From NCBI GenBank assembly GCA_042850255.1, contig AP031373.1:540001-572000 (forward strand): 32,000 nucleotides of DNA, given 5' to 3'. Shown in pieces: positions 16,760 to 26,930 of this stretch. The stretch is from Nanobdellota archaeon. GTDB lineage: Archaea > Nanobdellota > Nanobdellia > Nanobdellales > Nanobdellaceae. The translations under genes were made by a program, and so were the position numbers. The notes under the pieces are model-generated. The model had not been told where the DNA came from and did no database searches. It saw only the letters and a program-made list of their open reading frames with translations. The number at the start of each line of letters is the position of its first letter. Position 1 is the first letter of the stretch.

Positions 16760-17754
16760 AAATATTAGTTACTGGTGGTTTAGGATTTATAGGAAGTAAT
16801 TTTATTAGATATATGTTAAATAAATATAATGATATAGAAATAATAAATGTAGATTCTATAAGCTATGGAGCAAATCCTGATAATTTAAAAGATATGAATG
16901 ATGAAAGATATAAATTTGTAAAAGGGGATATTACTGATTATGAATTAATTTCAAAATTGGTAAAAGATATAGATATAATAGTAAACTTTGCAGCAGAGAC
17001 TCATGTTGATAGAAGTATATCAAATCCTGAAAAATTTGTTCATAGCAATTTTCTAGGAGTATTTACAATATTAGAAGGTATAAGAAAAAATAATATGGAT
17101 GTAAAATTAATACATATATCTACCGATGAAGTTTATGGAAGTATAGAAAAAGGATCATTTAAAGAAAATGATAGATTAGAGCCTTCTTCTCCATATTCTT
17201 CTACTAAAGCATCTGCAGATTTACTAATTTTATCTTATATAAAAACATACAAAATAAAAGCAAGTATATTAAGGAGTTGTAATAATTATGGTCCATACCA
17301 ATTTCCAGAAAAATTAATACCTAAAACCATAATAAGGTTATTAAATAATCTAAAGGTTCCAATTTATGGATCTGGAAAAAATAAAAGAGAATGGATATAT
17401 ACAGAAGACTTTGCTAGAGCAATAGAATTAATTATAAATAAAGGAGAAAATGATATATATAATGTTTCTACAAACGAAGAAAAAGAAAATTTAGAAGTAG
17501 TAAAAACAATATTAAAAATATTGGGAAAGGATGAAAGTTATATAGAATTTGTAGAAGATAGGCCTGGTCATGATTTTAGATATAGTATAGATGCTACAAA
17601 AATTAAAGAGTTAGGATGGAAACCGAAATATAGTTTTGAAGAAGGAATAAGATTAACTGTGGAATGGTATAAAAATAATGAATGGTGGTGGAAACCATTA
17701 ATAGAGAAAAATAAAAATATATTAGCAGAAACCCCTTGGAAATATAGTTGGTAA
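16756..17754 (+). CDS. rmlB: dTDP-glucose 4,6-dehydratase
   Basis: VTGGLGFIGSNF Rossmann motif, STDEVYG, and the YSSTKASAD (YxxxK) motif. ATGA overlap with rmlA. Confidence 0.92.
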   Translation: MKILVTGGLGFIGSNFIRYMLNKYNDIEIINVDSISYGANPDNLKDMNDERYKFVKGDITDYELISKLVKDIDIIVNFAAETHVDRSISNPEKFVHSNFLGVFTILEGIRKNNMDVKLIHISTDEVYGSIEKGSFKENDRLEPSSPYSSTKASADLLILSYIKTYKIKASILRSCNNYGPYQFPEKLIPKTIIRLLNNLKVPIYGSGKNKREWIYTEDFARAIELIINKGENDIYNVSTNEEKENLEVVKTILKILGKDESYIEFVEDRPGHDFRYSIDATKIKELGWKPKYSFEEGIRLTVEWYKNNEWWWKPLIEKNKNILAETPWKYSW

Positions 17755-17755
17755 A

Positions 17756-18313
17756 ATGCCTTTTGAATTCATTAAATTAGAAATACAAGATATAATTTTA
17801 ATAAAACCGAAAATATTTGAAGATGAAAGAGGATTTTTTATGGAAGCATTTAAATTATCAGATTTTGAAAAAGTAATTGGAGATTTTAATATTATACAAA
17901 TTAATCATTCTAAATCTAGATATGGAGTTTTAAGAGGTTTACATTTTCAGAGAGGAGAATATGCACAAGCAAAAATTGTTAGATGCATAAAGGGAATAAT
18001 ATATGATGTAGCAGTAGATTTAAGGAAAAATTCTCCAACTTTTGGGAAGTGGATAGGAGTAATATTATCGGAATACAATAAATATATTTTATATATTCCA
18101 AAAGGATTTGCTCATGGATTTCTAACTTTAAGTGATTATGCAGAAGTAGAATATTTTGTAGATAATATTTATGCTCCTCAATATGAAGGAGGATTAATAT
18201 GGAATGATAAAGATATAAACATAAATTGGCCCATAGATAATCCTATTTTATCTGAAAAAGATAAAAAATGGCCTACATTAAAAGAATTAATTGAAAGAAA
18301 TGAATTATTCTAA
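17756..18313 (+). CDS. rmlC: dTDP-4-dehydrorhamnose 3,5-epimerase
   Basis: DERGFFMEAF, RGLHFQ and GFAHGF cupin motifs. Length is 185 aa. Confidence 0.92.
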   Translation: MPFEFIKLEIQDIILIKPKIFEDERGFFMEAFKLSDFEKVIGDFNIIQINHSKSRYGVLRGLHFQRGEYAQAKIVRCIKGIIYDVAVDLRKNSPTFGKWIGVILSEYNKYILYIPKGFAHGFLTLSDYAEVEYFVDNIYAPQYEGGLIWNDKDININWPIDNPILSEKDKKWPTLKELIERNELF

Positions 18314-19169
18314 AATTAGGATTGTTGTATTAGGATCTACTGGTCAACTAGGTTCTGATATAGTAGAAATTTTTAGTAAGGAAAATAATTTTGAAATTAT
18401 ACATTTATCTCATAAAGATCTAGATATAACGTTAGAAGATTCTGTTAAAAAATTAGAAGAATTAAAACCAAATATAATAATAAACGCTACTGGATATACA
18501 AATGTTGATAAGGCAGAAATAGAAATAGATAATGTATTTAAAGTCAATTCTTATGGAGCATTATATATTGCAAAAATATCTTCAAAAATAGATGCTATAA
18601 ATATCTATATTAGTACAGATTTTGTTTTTGATGGAAATAAAAATTCTCCTTATATCGAAGAAGATGCACCAAATCCAATAAATGTTTATGGAATGTCAAA
18701 ATATTTGGGTGAAATGTTTACTAGAAATTATTCTAAAAAATATTATATAATAAGAGTTGCTAGTTTATTTGGTAAAAATTCTTCCAAACAAAAAGGAAAT
18801 TTTATAGACAAAATAATAGAAAAAGCAAAAAATAATGAAGAAATAAAAGTAGTAGATGATATTATTATGAGTCCTACTTATACAAAAGATGTTGCAAATA
18901 CTTTAAAAGAGTTTATAAAAATTCAGCCAGAATTTGGAATATATCATATGGCAAATGAAGGTTATTGTTCATGGTATGAATTGGCAAAGGAAGTATTCAA
19001 GGATTTAAATATTAATACAAAATTATACCCAATTAAATCTGAAGAATTAAATTTAATTGCAAAAAGACCAAAATTTTCTGCATTAGAAGATAAAAATATA
19101 AAAAGATTAGAGTTAAAGATGCCAGATTGGAAAGACGCTGTTTATAGATATTTGAAAGAAAAGGTATAA
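18300..19169 (+). CDS. rmlD: dTDP-4-dehydrorhamnose reductase
   Basis: VLGSTGQLG Rossmann motif and YGMSKYLGE (YxxxK). The ATG at 18300 (MNYSKIRIVVLG) is preferred over the TTG at 18291. It overlaps the rmlC stop. Confidence 0.9.
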   Translation: MNYSKIRIVVLGSTGQLGSDIVEIFSKENNFEIIHLSHKDLDITLEDSVKKLEELKPNIIINATGYTNVDKAEIEIDNVFKVNSYGALYIAKISSKIDAINIYISTDFVFDGNKNSPYIEEDAPNPINVYGMSKYLGEMFTRNYSKKYYIIRVASLFGKNSSKQKGNFIDKIIEKAKNNEEIKVVDDIIMSPTYTKDVANTLKEFIKIQPEFGIYHMANEGYCSWYELAKEVFKDLNINTKLYPIKSEELNLIAKRPKFSALEDKNIKRLELKMPDWKDAVYRYLKEKV

Positions 19170-19171
19170 TG

Positions 19172-20341
19172 TTATTTTATAAAATTTTCTAAAGTTTCAT
19201 CTAATTCTTTTGTAAATCTATCCCATGATAAATCTTTTTCTTTTATAAATCTTCTATTTTCTTTCCCTTTTTCAATTAATTCATCTTTATTATTTATAAA
19301 ATACTTTAATGCATTATAAACTTCTTCAATCATTTTTTCTTTATATAATTTCTCTTTTATCCAATAAATTCCTGGAGCATCTTTTAATATTTCATAATTT
19401 CCAGAAGGATAAGTATTTATTATAAATTTTCCTGCAGCTGCAGCTTCTAAAGGCGCAATGCCAAAATCTTCCATAAAGGGTATATGGACAAAAGCTAAAG
19501 ATTTTGCATATAATTCTATTATTTTTTCATATGGTAAATTTATCATAATTTTGACCTTATCTTGTAAATTATATTTTTTTATTAATTTTAATAGATATAT
19601 ATAATATTTTTTATTTTCTAACCCACCAGCTAATATTAGTTTATAATCTTTATATTCTTTAGAAAATTTTGCAAAGGCTTTTATCAATATGTCTTGTCTT
19701 TTTGCCATACCATATCTGGAAATATATAAAAAATAATCTCCTGGTTCTTCATAATATAAATTTTTTAAATCTACTCCAGGATAAATTATTTTTGTTTTAT
19801 TTTCATCAATTAATTTTTTATCTAATGCTCTTTTTTTAGATAATTCTGAATTAAATATCGAAAAATCGATTTTTTTCCATGCTTTTTTTTCTAATTTATC
19901 ATATGAATGTAGAGCAATTTTATATATTAATTTTATTGGATAATTAGCGAATCTATATTTTAAATTCCATATAATATCCCAATAATATGATGCTCTTAAT
20001 GGAGTATGTACATAACCTACAACAGGAACTTTAAAATTATTTCTAAGTAATATTAATTCTCCTATCCCAGATGTAGAAATTAAAACTAGATCATAATCAT
20101 CTTCTATTTTTAATTGGCTACTTAATAAAGAAAAAGCACCTCTTAATAAATAAGATCTATATATTCTTTCAAAACTTTTGGGAAAAGTAGATATTATATT
20201 ATTAAAGGGTAAACTAGTTTCTTTTATATATAACCAAGATAAAATCATAAATTTATTTTTCGATCTTTTAATATATTCATAAATTAACTTTTCTGCTCCA
20301 CCTTTTGATTTAATCCATGGATGAAACAACAATATCTCCAT
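19172..20341 (-). CDS. Glycosyltransferase, GT-B fold (GT4-like)
   Basis: EDFGIAPLEAAAAGK is an E-x7-E type motif. The N-terminus reads HPWIKSKGGAEK. Length is 389 aa. Confidence 0.8.
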   Translation of the reverse strand: MEILLFHPWIKSKGGAEKLIYEYIKRSKNKFMILSWLYIKETSLPFNNIISTFPKSFERIYRSYLLRGAFSLLSSQLKIEDDYDLVLISTSGIGELILLRNNFKVPVVGYVHTPLRASYYWDIIWNLKYRFANYPIKLIYKIALHSYDKLEKKAWKKIDFSIFNSELSKKRALDKKLIDENKTKIIYPGVDLKNLYYEEPGDYFLYISRYGMAKRQDILIKAFAKFSKEYKDYKLILAGGLENKKYYIYLLKLIKKYNLQDKVKIMINLPYEKIIELYAKSLAFVHIPFMEDFGIAPLEAAAAGKFIINTYPSGNYEILKDAPGIYWIKEKLYKEKMIEEVYNALKYFINNKDELIEKGKENRRFIKEKDLSWDRFTKELDETLENFIK

Positions 20342-20343
20342 AA

Positions 20344-21231
20344 TTATGATTCATTAAAGAAATTTTCAAAATATTTTAACATCTTATTTACATACTCGTT
20401 TTTATCATTTCTAATAATTGTCGCATATTTCAATATTCTACTTTTAGACCTAAAATATAAAAATTTGTACTTTCCTTTATGACCTCGTAATGCTTTTTTG
20501 ACACTATCATATATTTCTCCAGAAGTTTTAAACATTAGAAATAACAGATCTTTATCTAAATTCAAATCTTCTGGGAAAATGTTTGTTATATTGTTTTCAA
20601 AATATTTAACTATAGAAAAGCTAGAGATATCTACTACAGACTTTAGATATTGCAAGAAATACCATTCAAATAAGTTATTTGTTTGTCTTTTGATATATTT
20701 TAATCCTTTTGCATATTTTTTTTCTCTTTTTTCTCTTATCTGATTAAAAGCAGTTGGAAAACATAATCTGTATACTAAATACTTATTCTTAATAAGAGAA
20801 AAATACCAATAATAATCTTCTCCTACATTCATATCTGGCCATATTACTTTTTTTATAGCATCTTTATATGTATCATAAGATGCTATATTTGCATAAAATT
20901 CTCCAAATTCATATCTTTTTTTAATACCATCTATCATTTTTTGTAAATAATCTGGAAATTCTAAATCAAAGTCTATATAAAATATAAAATCTACTTCTGG
21001 ATAGTTCTTTATTAAATGTTGTAATGCTATTTGTCTACCTTTTCCTCTCGTAGATTTTGCTCTTATTGTATCTATAAAATCGTATTCTTTTAATATTTCA
21101 TAGGTATCATCAGTAGAATAATTATCTGTAACTACTAAAATAAAATCTTCTTTTAACTTTGATTTTAAATCTTCAATAGTTTGTCTAACAGTATCTGCAG
21201 AATTATAAACTGTTCCATATATTCCTAGCAT
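20344..21231 (-). CDS. Glycosyltransferase family 2 (GT-A fold)
   Basis: GTVYNSADTV...VVTDNYSTDDT is a typical N-terminal GT2 motif, and IDFDLEF is DxD-like. It ends 2 nt upstream of the next GT gene. Confidence 0.75.
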   Translation of the reverse strand: MLGIYGTVYNSADTVRQTIEDLKSKLKEDFILVVTDNYSTDDTYEILKEYDFIDTIRAKSTRGKGRQIALQHLIKNYPEVDFIFYIDFDLEFPDYLQKMIDGIKKRYEFGEFYANIASYDTYKDAIKKVIWPDMNVGEDYYWYFSLIKNKYLVYRLCFPTAFNQIREKREKKYAKGLKYIKRQTNNLFEWYFLQYLKSVVDISSFSIVKYFENNITNIFPEDLNLDKDLLFLMFKTSGEIYDSVKKALRGHKGKYKFLYFRSKSRILKYATIIRNDKNEYVNKMLKYFENFFNES

Positions 21232-21285
21232 ATTATTTTAATATTTGAATAACTTTTTATATGTAAGCCTTTTAATATTAAAGTT

Positions 21286-22440
21286 ATGGTAATTAAAATA
21301 TATTTGGATATATCTAGACATCCTTTTTATGAATCATTAATAGTATATCCACCAGAAGAAATAGAATATATAAATATCAATAAAAAATTATTTCTAGGAG
21401 AATACAATAAATTATCTGTATATCATTCATTTAAAAATAATCTTTTTAGAAAATTTATAAGTAAAATTCAATATATGACTTCTATTCCTAGAATTAAAAT
21501 AATAAGAAAAAAATACTTTGATTTATATCATTCTGGTAGAGGTGTATTTGTTGAAGGAGCAGATTATGTAATGGATTTGGAGTATGTAACATCTCCGTAT
21601 AGTTTACATTGGGATTTATCAAAAAGAAAAATATCGAAATTTATATTAAGAAAATTATTTTTAAAGAGCAATTTAAAATTTATATTGCCCCATTCTTATT
21701 CTGCAATGTATTCTATTAAGGATTTCTTAGGTTTAGATTTCTTTAATAAAATAAAAGAAAAAGTAGAAGTATTATATCCTGCAGAAGAGCCAAAAGTTAA
21801 TGAATATAAAAAATTAAATAAAGATAAAATAATATTATTATTTGTAGCATCTAATATAGGAAATTTTATAGCTAAAGGTGGTTTAGAAGTTTTATATACA
21901 TTTTTAGAATTAAGAAATAAATATGATTTAGAATTATGGATCAGATCTGATGTACCAAATATAATAAAAGAAAAATATAAAAATATTATAAAATTTATTC
22001 CAAGAATAAATAGAAATGAATTATTTGAAATATATAAACAATCTGATATATTTGTTTATCCTACCTATAGGGATACTTGGGGGTATGTATTGTTAGAGGC
22101 TATGTCTACATCATTACCAATAATTACTTCAAATACTTTCGCGGTACCAGAGATAGTAAAAGATTATAAAAATGGGCTTATAATTGATGTAGGAAAATAC
22201 AAGTGGAATAATGGGTATTTGTTGAATGAAGAAATATCTAAAAATAAAAAGATATATTGGAAGCCTAAAAAAGAAATAATAGAAAGATTAAAGGAAAAAA
22301 TATCTGAATTAATTGAAGATAAAAAATTATATGAAGAAATATCTAAAAATAATTTATATGAAGTAATTAATGGTAGATTCAGTATAAAGGAAAGAAATAG
22401 GAAATTAAAAGAAATATATGAAAGTGCTGTAAGAAAATAG
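21286..22440 (+). CDS. Glycosyltransferase, GT-B fold (GT4-like)
   Basis: The C-terminal domain motif is PTYRDTWGYVLLEAMSTSLPIITSNTFAVPEIVKDYKNGLII. Confidence 0.78.
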   Translation: MVIKIYLDISRHPFYESLIVYPPEEIEYININKKLFLGEYNKLSVYHSFKNNLFRKFISKIQYMTSIPRIKIIRKKYFDLYHSGRGVFVEGADYVMDLEYVTSPYSLHWDLSKRKISKFILRKLFLKSNLKFILPHSYSAMYSIKDFLGLDFFNKIKEKVEVLYPAEEPKVNEYKKLNKDKIILLFVASNIGNFIAKGGLEVLYTFLELRNKYDLELWIRSDVPNIIKEKYKNIIKFIPRINRNELFEIYKQSDIFVYPTYRDTWGYVLLEAMSTSLPIITSNTFAVPEIVKDYKNGLIIDVGKYKWNNGYLLNEEISKNKKIYWKPKKEIIERLKEKISELIEDKKLYEEISKNNLYEVINGRFSIKERNRKLKEIYESAVRK

Positions 22441-22470
22441 ATATAATATTTTCTAAAAAGATAGTTAAAT

Positions 22471-23586
22471 ATGGATATAGCATTTATTACCAGATATTCT
22501 TTATTACATTATGGCGGAGGAGAAAAATGGTTAATTAATATAGGAAACAAATTAAAAGAAAAAGGATATAAAATAATTATTTTTTCTGGAGGAAGTTTAC
22601 CTTATAAATTAATTGAAACAGACAATTTATATAAATTGATAGAATTTAAATATTATGAAATACTGATTCCAAAAGTAGAATTTAAAGCTTTTTCAGAACA
22701 TTTTATTAATTTAAAATATTTTGATTATGATATAATATACTTACAAAATTTATGGGATAGTAGTTTCTTTTCTTTTATATCTAAAAATAAAGATCAAAAA
22801 TTAATAATAGGAAGTCATGGTGTATTTTTTAATTCTAAAACTGAAAAAATTAAAAAACCAATATTTGAACCATTAGCAAAAATTTATTTTCATAAAATAA
22901 AAAATGTAAAAATACATGTATTAAATTCAGAACAATATAAATGGTATAAATCTTTAGGATTTAAAGAAATATATTTAATTCCTAATTTTGTTAATTCAAA
23001 AGAATATTTATATCCAGAAAATAATGACGAATTTATTGTATTATTTTTAGCAAGAATTGAAAGACAAAAAGGAATAGATTTATTAATAAATATAATAGAA
23101 AAAGTATTAAATAAAAATAAAGATATAAAATTCTATATTGCGGGATCTGGTAGAAAATATTATGAAAATATATTAAGAAAATTAGAAAATAAATATCCAG
23201 ACAATGTAAAATATTTTGGATTTGTAGATGAAAATACTAAAAGAGAATTATTATCAAAATCTTCATTATTTTTATTACCATCAAGATTTGAAGGACAACC
23301 TATTGGAGTATTAGAATCTTTAGTATCAGGAACTCCATTTTTAGGATCAAATATTGTATCATTTAGAGATTTAATAAATATTTATGATAAAAAATTTGGA
23401 TGGATAGTAAATAATTATGATTCAGATTCTTTTGCAAATAAAATATTAGAAATATATAATTATTGGAAAAATAATAAAGATGAATATTTTGAATTAAGAA
23501 AATATATATCTAAAAGAGCTAGAGAATTATTTGATATTGATAAAGTTGTAGATAAATTTGAAAAAGTATTTTTAAATAGGTCTTAA
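22471..23586 (+). CDS. Glycosyltransferase, GT-B fold (GT4-like)
   Basis: ARIERQKGIDLLI followed by PSRFEGQPIGVLESLVSGTPFLGS (E-x7-E type motif). Confidence 0.8.
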   Translation: MDIAFITRYSLLHYGGGEKWLINIGNKLKEKGYKIIIFSGGSLPYKLIETDNLYKLIEFKYYEILIPKVEFKAFSEHFINLKYFDYDIIYLQNLWDSSFFSFISKNKDQKLIIGSHGVFFNSKTEKIKKPIFEPLAKIYFHKIKNVKIHVLNSEQYKWYKSLGFKEIYLIPNFVNSKEYLYPENNDEFIVLFLARIERQKGIDLLINIIEKVLNKNKDIKFYIAGSGRKYYENILRKLENKYPDNVKYFGFVDENTKRELLSKSSLFLLPSRFEGQPIGVLESLVSGTPFLGSNIVSFRDLINIYDKKFGWIVNNYDSDSFANKILEIYNYWKNNKDEYFELRKYISKRARELFDIDKVVDKFEKVFLNRS

Positions 23587-24504
23587 GCTTATATGTATCT
23601 TTTTTATGTTTATGAATCCTTTTTTTATCTTATAATTTAGATAAACCATATTTAAATAATTCCTAATAGTTCTCTGTATATTTTTTCCTAGAGATTTTCC
23701 GTCTAAATGATTTAGGTCAAAATAAATAGTTGTATAAGAATGGTTACTTATAATATCTAACAACAACTCCACATCCTCAATTCCATTAATATAATTTTCA
23801 TCAAATAATTTTTTGTTATGTTCTGTTATGTAGTAAGGGCTCAAAATTAAGAAAGGACCGAAAAAGCTAAGGTTTTCTATTTTAATAATTGGTCTATACA
23901 AAATAGAGGATAATATTTTTATTTTATAATCTATTTTGTGAAATGATGCTATATAATTAGCATTATATTTTTTAAATATTTTAATAACATATTTATATTT
24001 TGTAAATATAGCAAGATTTAATAATTTATTCATTCTATATAATTCAAACATTTCTGTTCCATCCGTTCTTATTATCATTTTATATTTTTTATTATCAATT
24101 TTCATCAATTTTTGATATAATTTATTTATATCATCTTTAATAATTATATCATTATTTGATACAATTATCCATTTTGGATTATATTTTAACGCTTCTTTAA
24201 CTCCTCTATTTATACTTTTAGCATAATTAAAATATTTTCCACTACTTTCTACAAATATTTGATGAAATCCATTTAAAGATTTTGATAAATTTTGAGTTAA
24301 TTCATCATTAGCATTTGGAGTAGGTATTACAAATACTATATCACTATTACCTTCTTTTTCAACAATATTAATAGGAGCAGAAGGTCTAGATTTCATCCAT
24401 TCAATTAGTTCTTCTATACTATCAAAACAATAATAAAATTTTATTATATCTTCAACCTTATCACTATAATATAATTTATCAGGATCTTCTTTACAATTTG
24501 TCAT
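23572..24504 (-). CDS. Divergent GT2-like glycosyltransferase with an N-terminal extension of about 50 aa
   Basis: VFVIPTPNANDEL, FNYAKSINRGVKEA, IIVSNNDIII (in the DxD position) and INGIEDVELLLDI loosely follow the order of GT-A/GT2 motifs. Confidence 0.55.
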   Translation of the reverse strand: MTNCKEDPDKLYYSDKVEDIIKFYYCFDSIEELIEWMKSRPSAPINIVEKEGNSDIVFVIPTPNANDELTQNLSKSLNGFHQIFVESSGKYFNYAKSINRGVKEALKYNPKWIIVSNNDIIIKDDINKLYQKLMKIDNKKYKMIIRTDGTEMFELYRMNKLLNLAIFTKYKYVIKIFKKYNANYIASFHKIDYKIKILSSILYRPIIKIENLSFFGPFLILSPYYITEHNKKLFDENYINGIEDVELLLDIISNHSYTTIYFDLNHLDGKSLGKNIQRTIRNYLNMVYLNYKIKKGFINIKKIHISLRPI

Positions 24505-24747
24505 AATATTAATATCTTTTATAGAAATATAAAATTTATTTATCTTTTTTTATATATTATAATTTTTATTAGTTTTTAGAATTTTATTTTTAATATCTTT
24601 ATAATATTCTTTATAATAAATCTTTATACTATAAGTTAAAAAATTGTATATCTCTAAAAATATTTTATAAATAAATAACTTACATCATCTAATTTCTCTT
24701 TATTTTATATCTAAATATTTGGATTTATCTATATTTTAATGATTATT

Positions 24748-26286
24748 TTAATATTTTTCATAACCTTTTACAATTGGATTTTCAATAGTATATTTAGTTA
24801 ATATATTTACCGCTTCGCTTTCAGTTTTCTTTTTAACCATTGGGAATGGTATTACTTCTTTTATACTATTTATTCCTAATAATAACATTATTACTCTATC
24901 AATTCCTAATCCCATCCCACCTGCAGGAGGCATTCCATACATTAATGCTTCAACAAAATCTTGATCATATAAATGCGCTTCTTCAAATCCTAATTCTCTC
25001 ATTTTAGCCTGTTCTAATAATAATTTATTTTGTAATATTGGATCATTTAATTCAGAATATATATTTGTAATTTCAACACCTAATATATATCCTTCTGCCC
25101 TTTCTACTAATGAAGGATCTTTTCTACTTATTTTACATAGAGGAGTAGATTCTTTTGGATGTTCAATAATATAGGTAGGTTCAATTAATTTATCTTCAAC
25201 TAATTCTTCAAATAATGCAGTAATTGCTAATCCTCTATTAAATTCCTTTAATTCAAATTGTATATTATATTTTTGTATTAATTCTTTTATTTCCTCATCG
25301 GATAATTTATCTACATCAATATTTGCATATTCTTTTAATGCATCTTTCATTGTTAATCTTCTCCAAGGCGGTTTTAATGATATTTTTTTACCATTATACT
25401 CAATATATTCTTTTCCTAAAACATCTTTTGCAATTCCATATACTAGATTTTCAGTTATTTCCATCATTTTATCTCTATTAGCATAAGCTTCGTATGCTTC
25501 CAACATTGTAAATTCTGGATTATGTGTTACATCAATAGATTCATTTCTAAAATCTACTGCAATTTCAAATACTTTATTAAATCCACCAACTAAATATCTT
25601 TTTAAATATAATTCTGGTGCAATTCTTAAATACCAATTTTCCTTTAAATCATTTACATATGTAATAAATGGTTTTGCATTTGCTCCTCCATATATTGGTT
25701 GTAAAATTGGAGTTTGTACTTCTATATATCCTAAATTTTCAAAATATTTTCTAATATAATTCAATACTTTGAACCTTATTTCAAATATTTTTCTTATATC
25801 ATTATTCATTAATAAATCTAAATATCTTTTCCTATATCTTTCTTCGACATCAGATAATCCAAACCATTGATCTGGTAAAGAAATTAATGCTTTTGTTAAT
25901 ATTATCCAGTCTTCTGCAAATACAGATAATTCTCCAGCTTTTGTTTTACCAACTTTTCCATATACACCAATTATATCTCCTCTTTGTATAAATTCTATTG
26001 CATCATCAAAATTTTTTATCAAATCTTTTTTTAATACAACCTGTATTTTATATCCTTCTTCTTTTATATCATAAAATATTATCCCTCCATGTCTTCTAAT
26101 TGAAAATACTCTTCCAGCAACTTTTACATATTTATCCATAAATTTTTCAGGATCTAATATTATTTCCTTAATATCATTTGTTTTATCAAATTCATATGGA
26201 TAAGGATTATAACCTTTTTCCTTCATTTTTTCCAAAACTTTTAGTCTATCAATAATATCTATTTCTAATCCACTTTTTTCTTCCAT
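24748..26286 (-). CDS. lysS: Lysyl-tRNA synthetase, class II type
   Basis: N-terminal OB anticodon-binding domain. Class II motif 2 is FRNESIDVTHNPEFTMLEAY and motif 3 is GGMGLGIDRVIMLL. Length is 512 aa. Confidence 0.92.
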   Translation of the reverse strand: MEEKSGLEIDIIDRLKVLEKMKEKGYNPYPYEFDKTNDIKEIILDPEKFMDKYVKVAGRVFSIRRHGGIIFYDIKEEGYKIQVVLKKDLIKNFDDAIEFIQRGDIIGVYGKVGKTKAGELSVFAEDWIILTKALISLPDQWFGLSDVEERYRKRYLDLLMNNDIRKIFEIRFKVLNYIRKYFENLGYIEVQTPILQPIYGGANAKPFITYVNDLKENWYLRIAPELYLKRYLVGGFNKVFEIAVDFRNESIDVTHNPEFTMLEAYEAYANRDKMMEITENLVYGIAKDVLGKEYIEYNGKKISLKPPWRRLTMKDALKEYANIDVDKLSDEEIKELIQKYNIQFELKEFNRGLAITALFEELVEDKLIEPTYIIEHPKESTPLCKISRKDPSLVERAEGYILGVEITNIYSELNDPILQNKLLLEQAKMRELGFEEAHLYDQDFVEALMYGMPPAGGMGLGIDRVIMLLLGINSIKEVIPFPMVKKKTESEAVNILTKYTIENPIVKGYEKY

Positions 26287-26327
26287 TCGATTTTATTTTT
26301 AAATATCCTTAAAAACTTAATATATTT

Positions 26328-26930
26328 ATGATAGAATCATATATAGGAATATTTGTTGCAATGTTTATTATACTAGGAACAATTCCAAATATTTTTATAT
26401 TCGAATCAATATTTGATTCTCTAGGATTAGATATTAAACAAAAGAGATATGTAATAAATAAGGCATTTTTAATTGCATTTATAATATGGTTTATAATATT
26501 TATTGTTGGAAAACCTTTTTTACAGGCTTTAGATATAAATCTAATAGATTTTAGAATTGCTGGAGGTATATTTTTATTTTATATAGCATTTGAAATATTG
26601 GTAAAAGATATACCTTCTCATGTAAATATAAGGGATCATGGAGAAGAATTAGATGATATAGTTGCAACTCCATTAGCAGTTCCTTTAATTACAGGACCTG
26701 GAGTAATTACAACAACATTAATATACCAATCAGAAATTTTAAATCCAATATATTTATTTATAACAATGTCCTTAGCATTTTTAGTATCATATCTAATTAT
26801 ATACAATAGTGCATATATATTAGAAAAGGTTGGTAAGAAAAATTTAGTAATATTAAATAAATTAGGAGGATTAATATTATTGGCAATAGCAGTAGATATA
26901 ATAGTTGGTGGTATTAAATTATTATTATGA
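26328..26930 (+). CDS. MarC family (UPF0056) integral membrane protein
   Basis: 200 aa with about six TM helices. ATPLAVPLITGPGVITT is the characteristic MarC motif. Confidence 0.8.
   Translation: MIESYIGIFVAMFIILGTIPNIFIFESIFDSLGLDIKQKRYVINKAFLIAFIIWFIIFIVGKPFLQALDINLIDFRIAGGIFLFYIAFEILVKDIPSHVNIRDHGEELDDIVATPLAVPLITGPGVITTTLIYQSEILNPIYLFITMSLAFLVSYLIIYNSAYILEKVGKKNLVILNKLGGLILLAIAVDIIVGGIKLLL

Noticed and set aside
20498-20743. 81-aa ORF on the plus strand
   Set aside because: Antisense inside the GT2 gene.
24505-24747. 243-bp spacer between lysS and the GT2-like gene as a possible ncRNA or small gene
   Set aside because: It is almost pure A/T with no stem-forming G/C segments and no convincing ORF. 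It is adequately explained as the lysS terminator region (A5-A6 runs on the plus strand, which are oligo-T on the sense strand) plus the promoter of the downstream gene.
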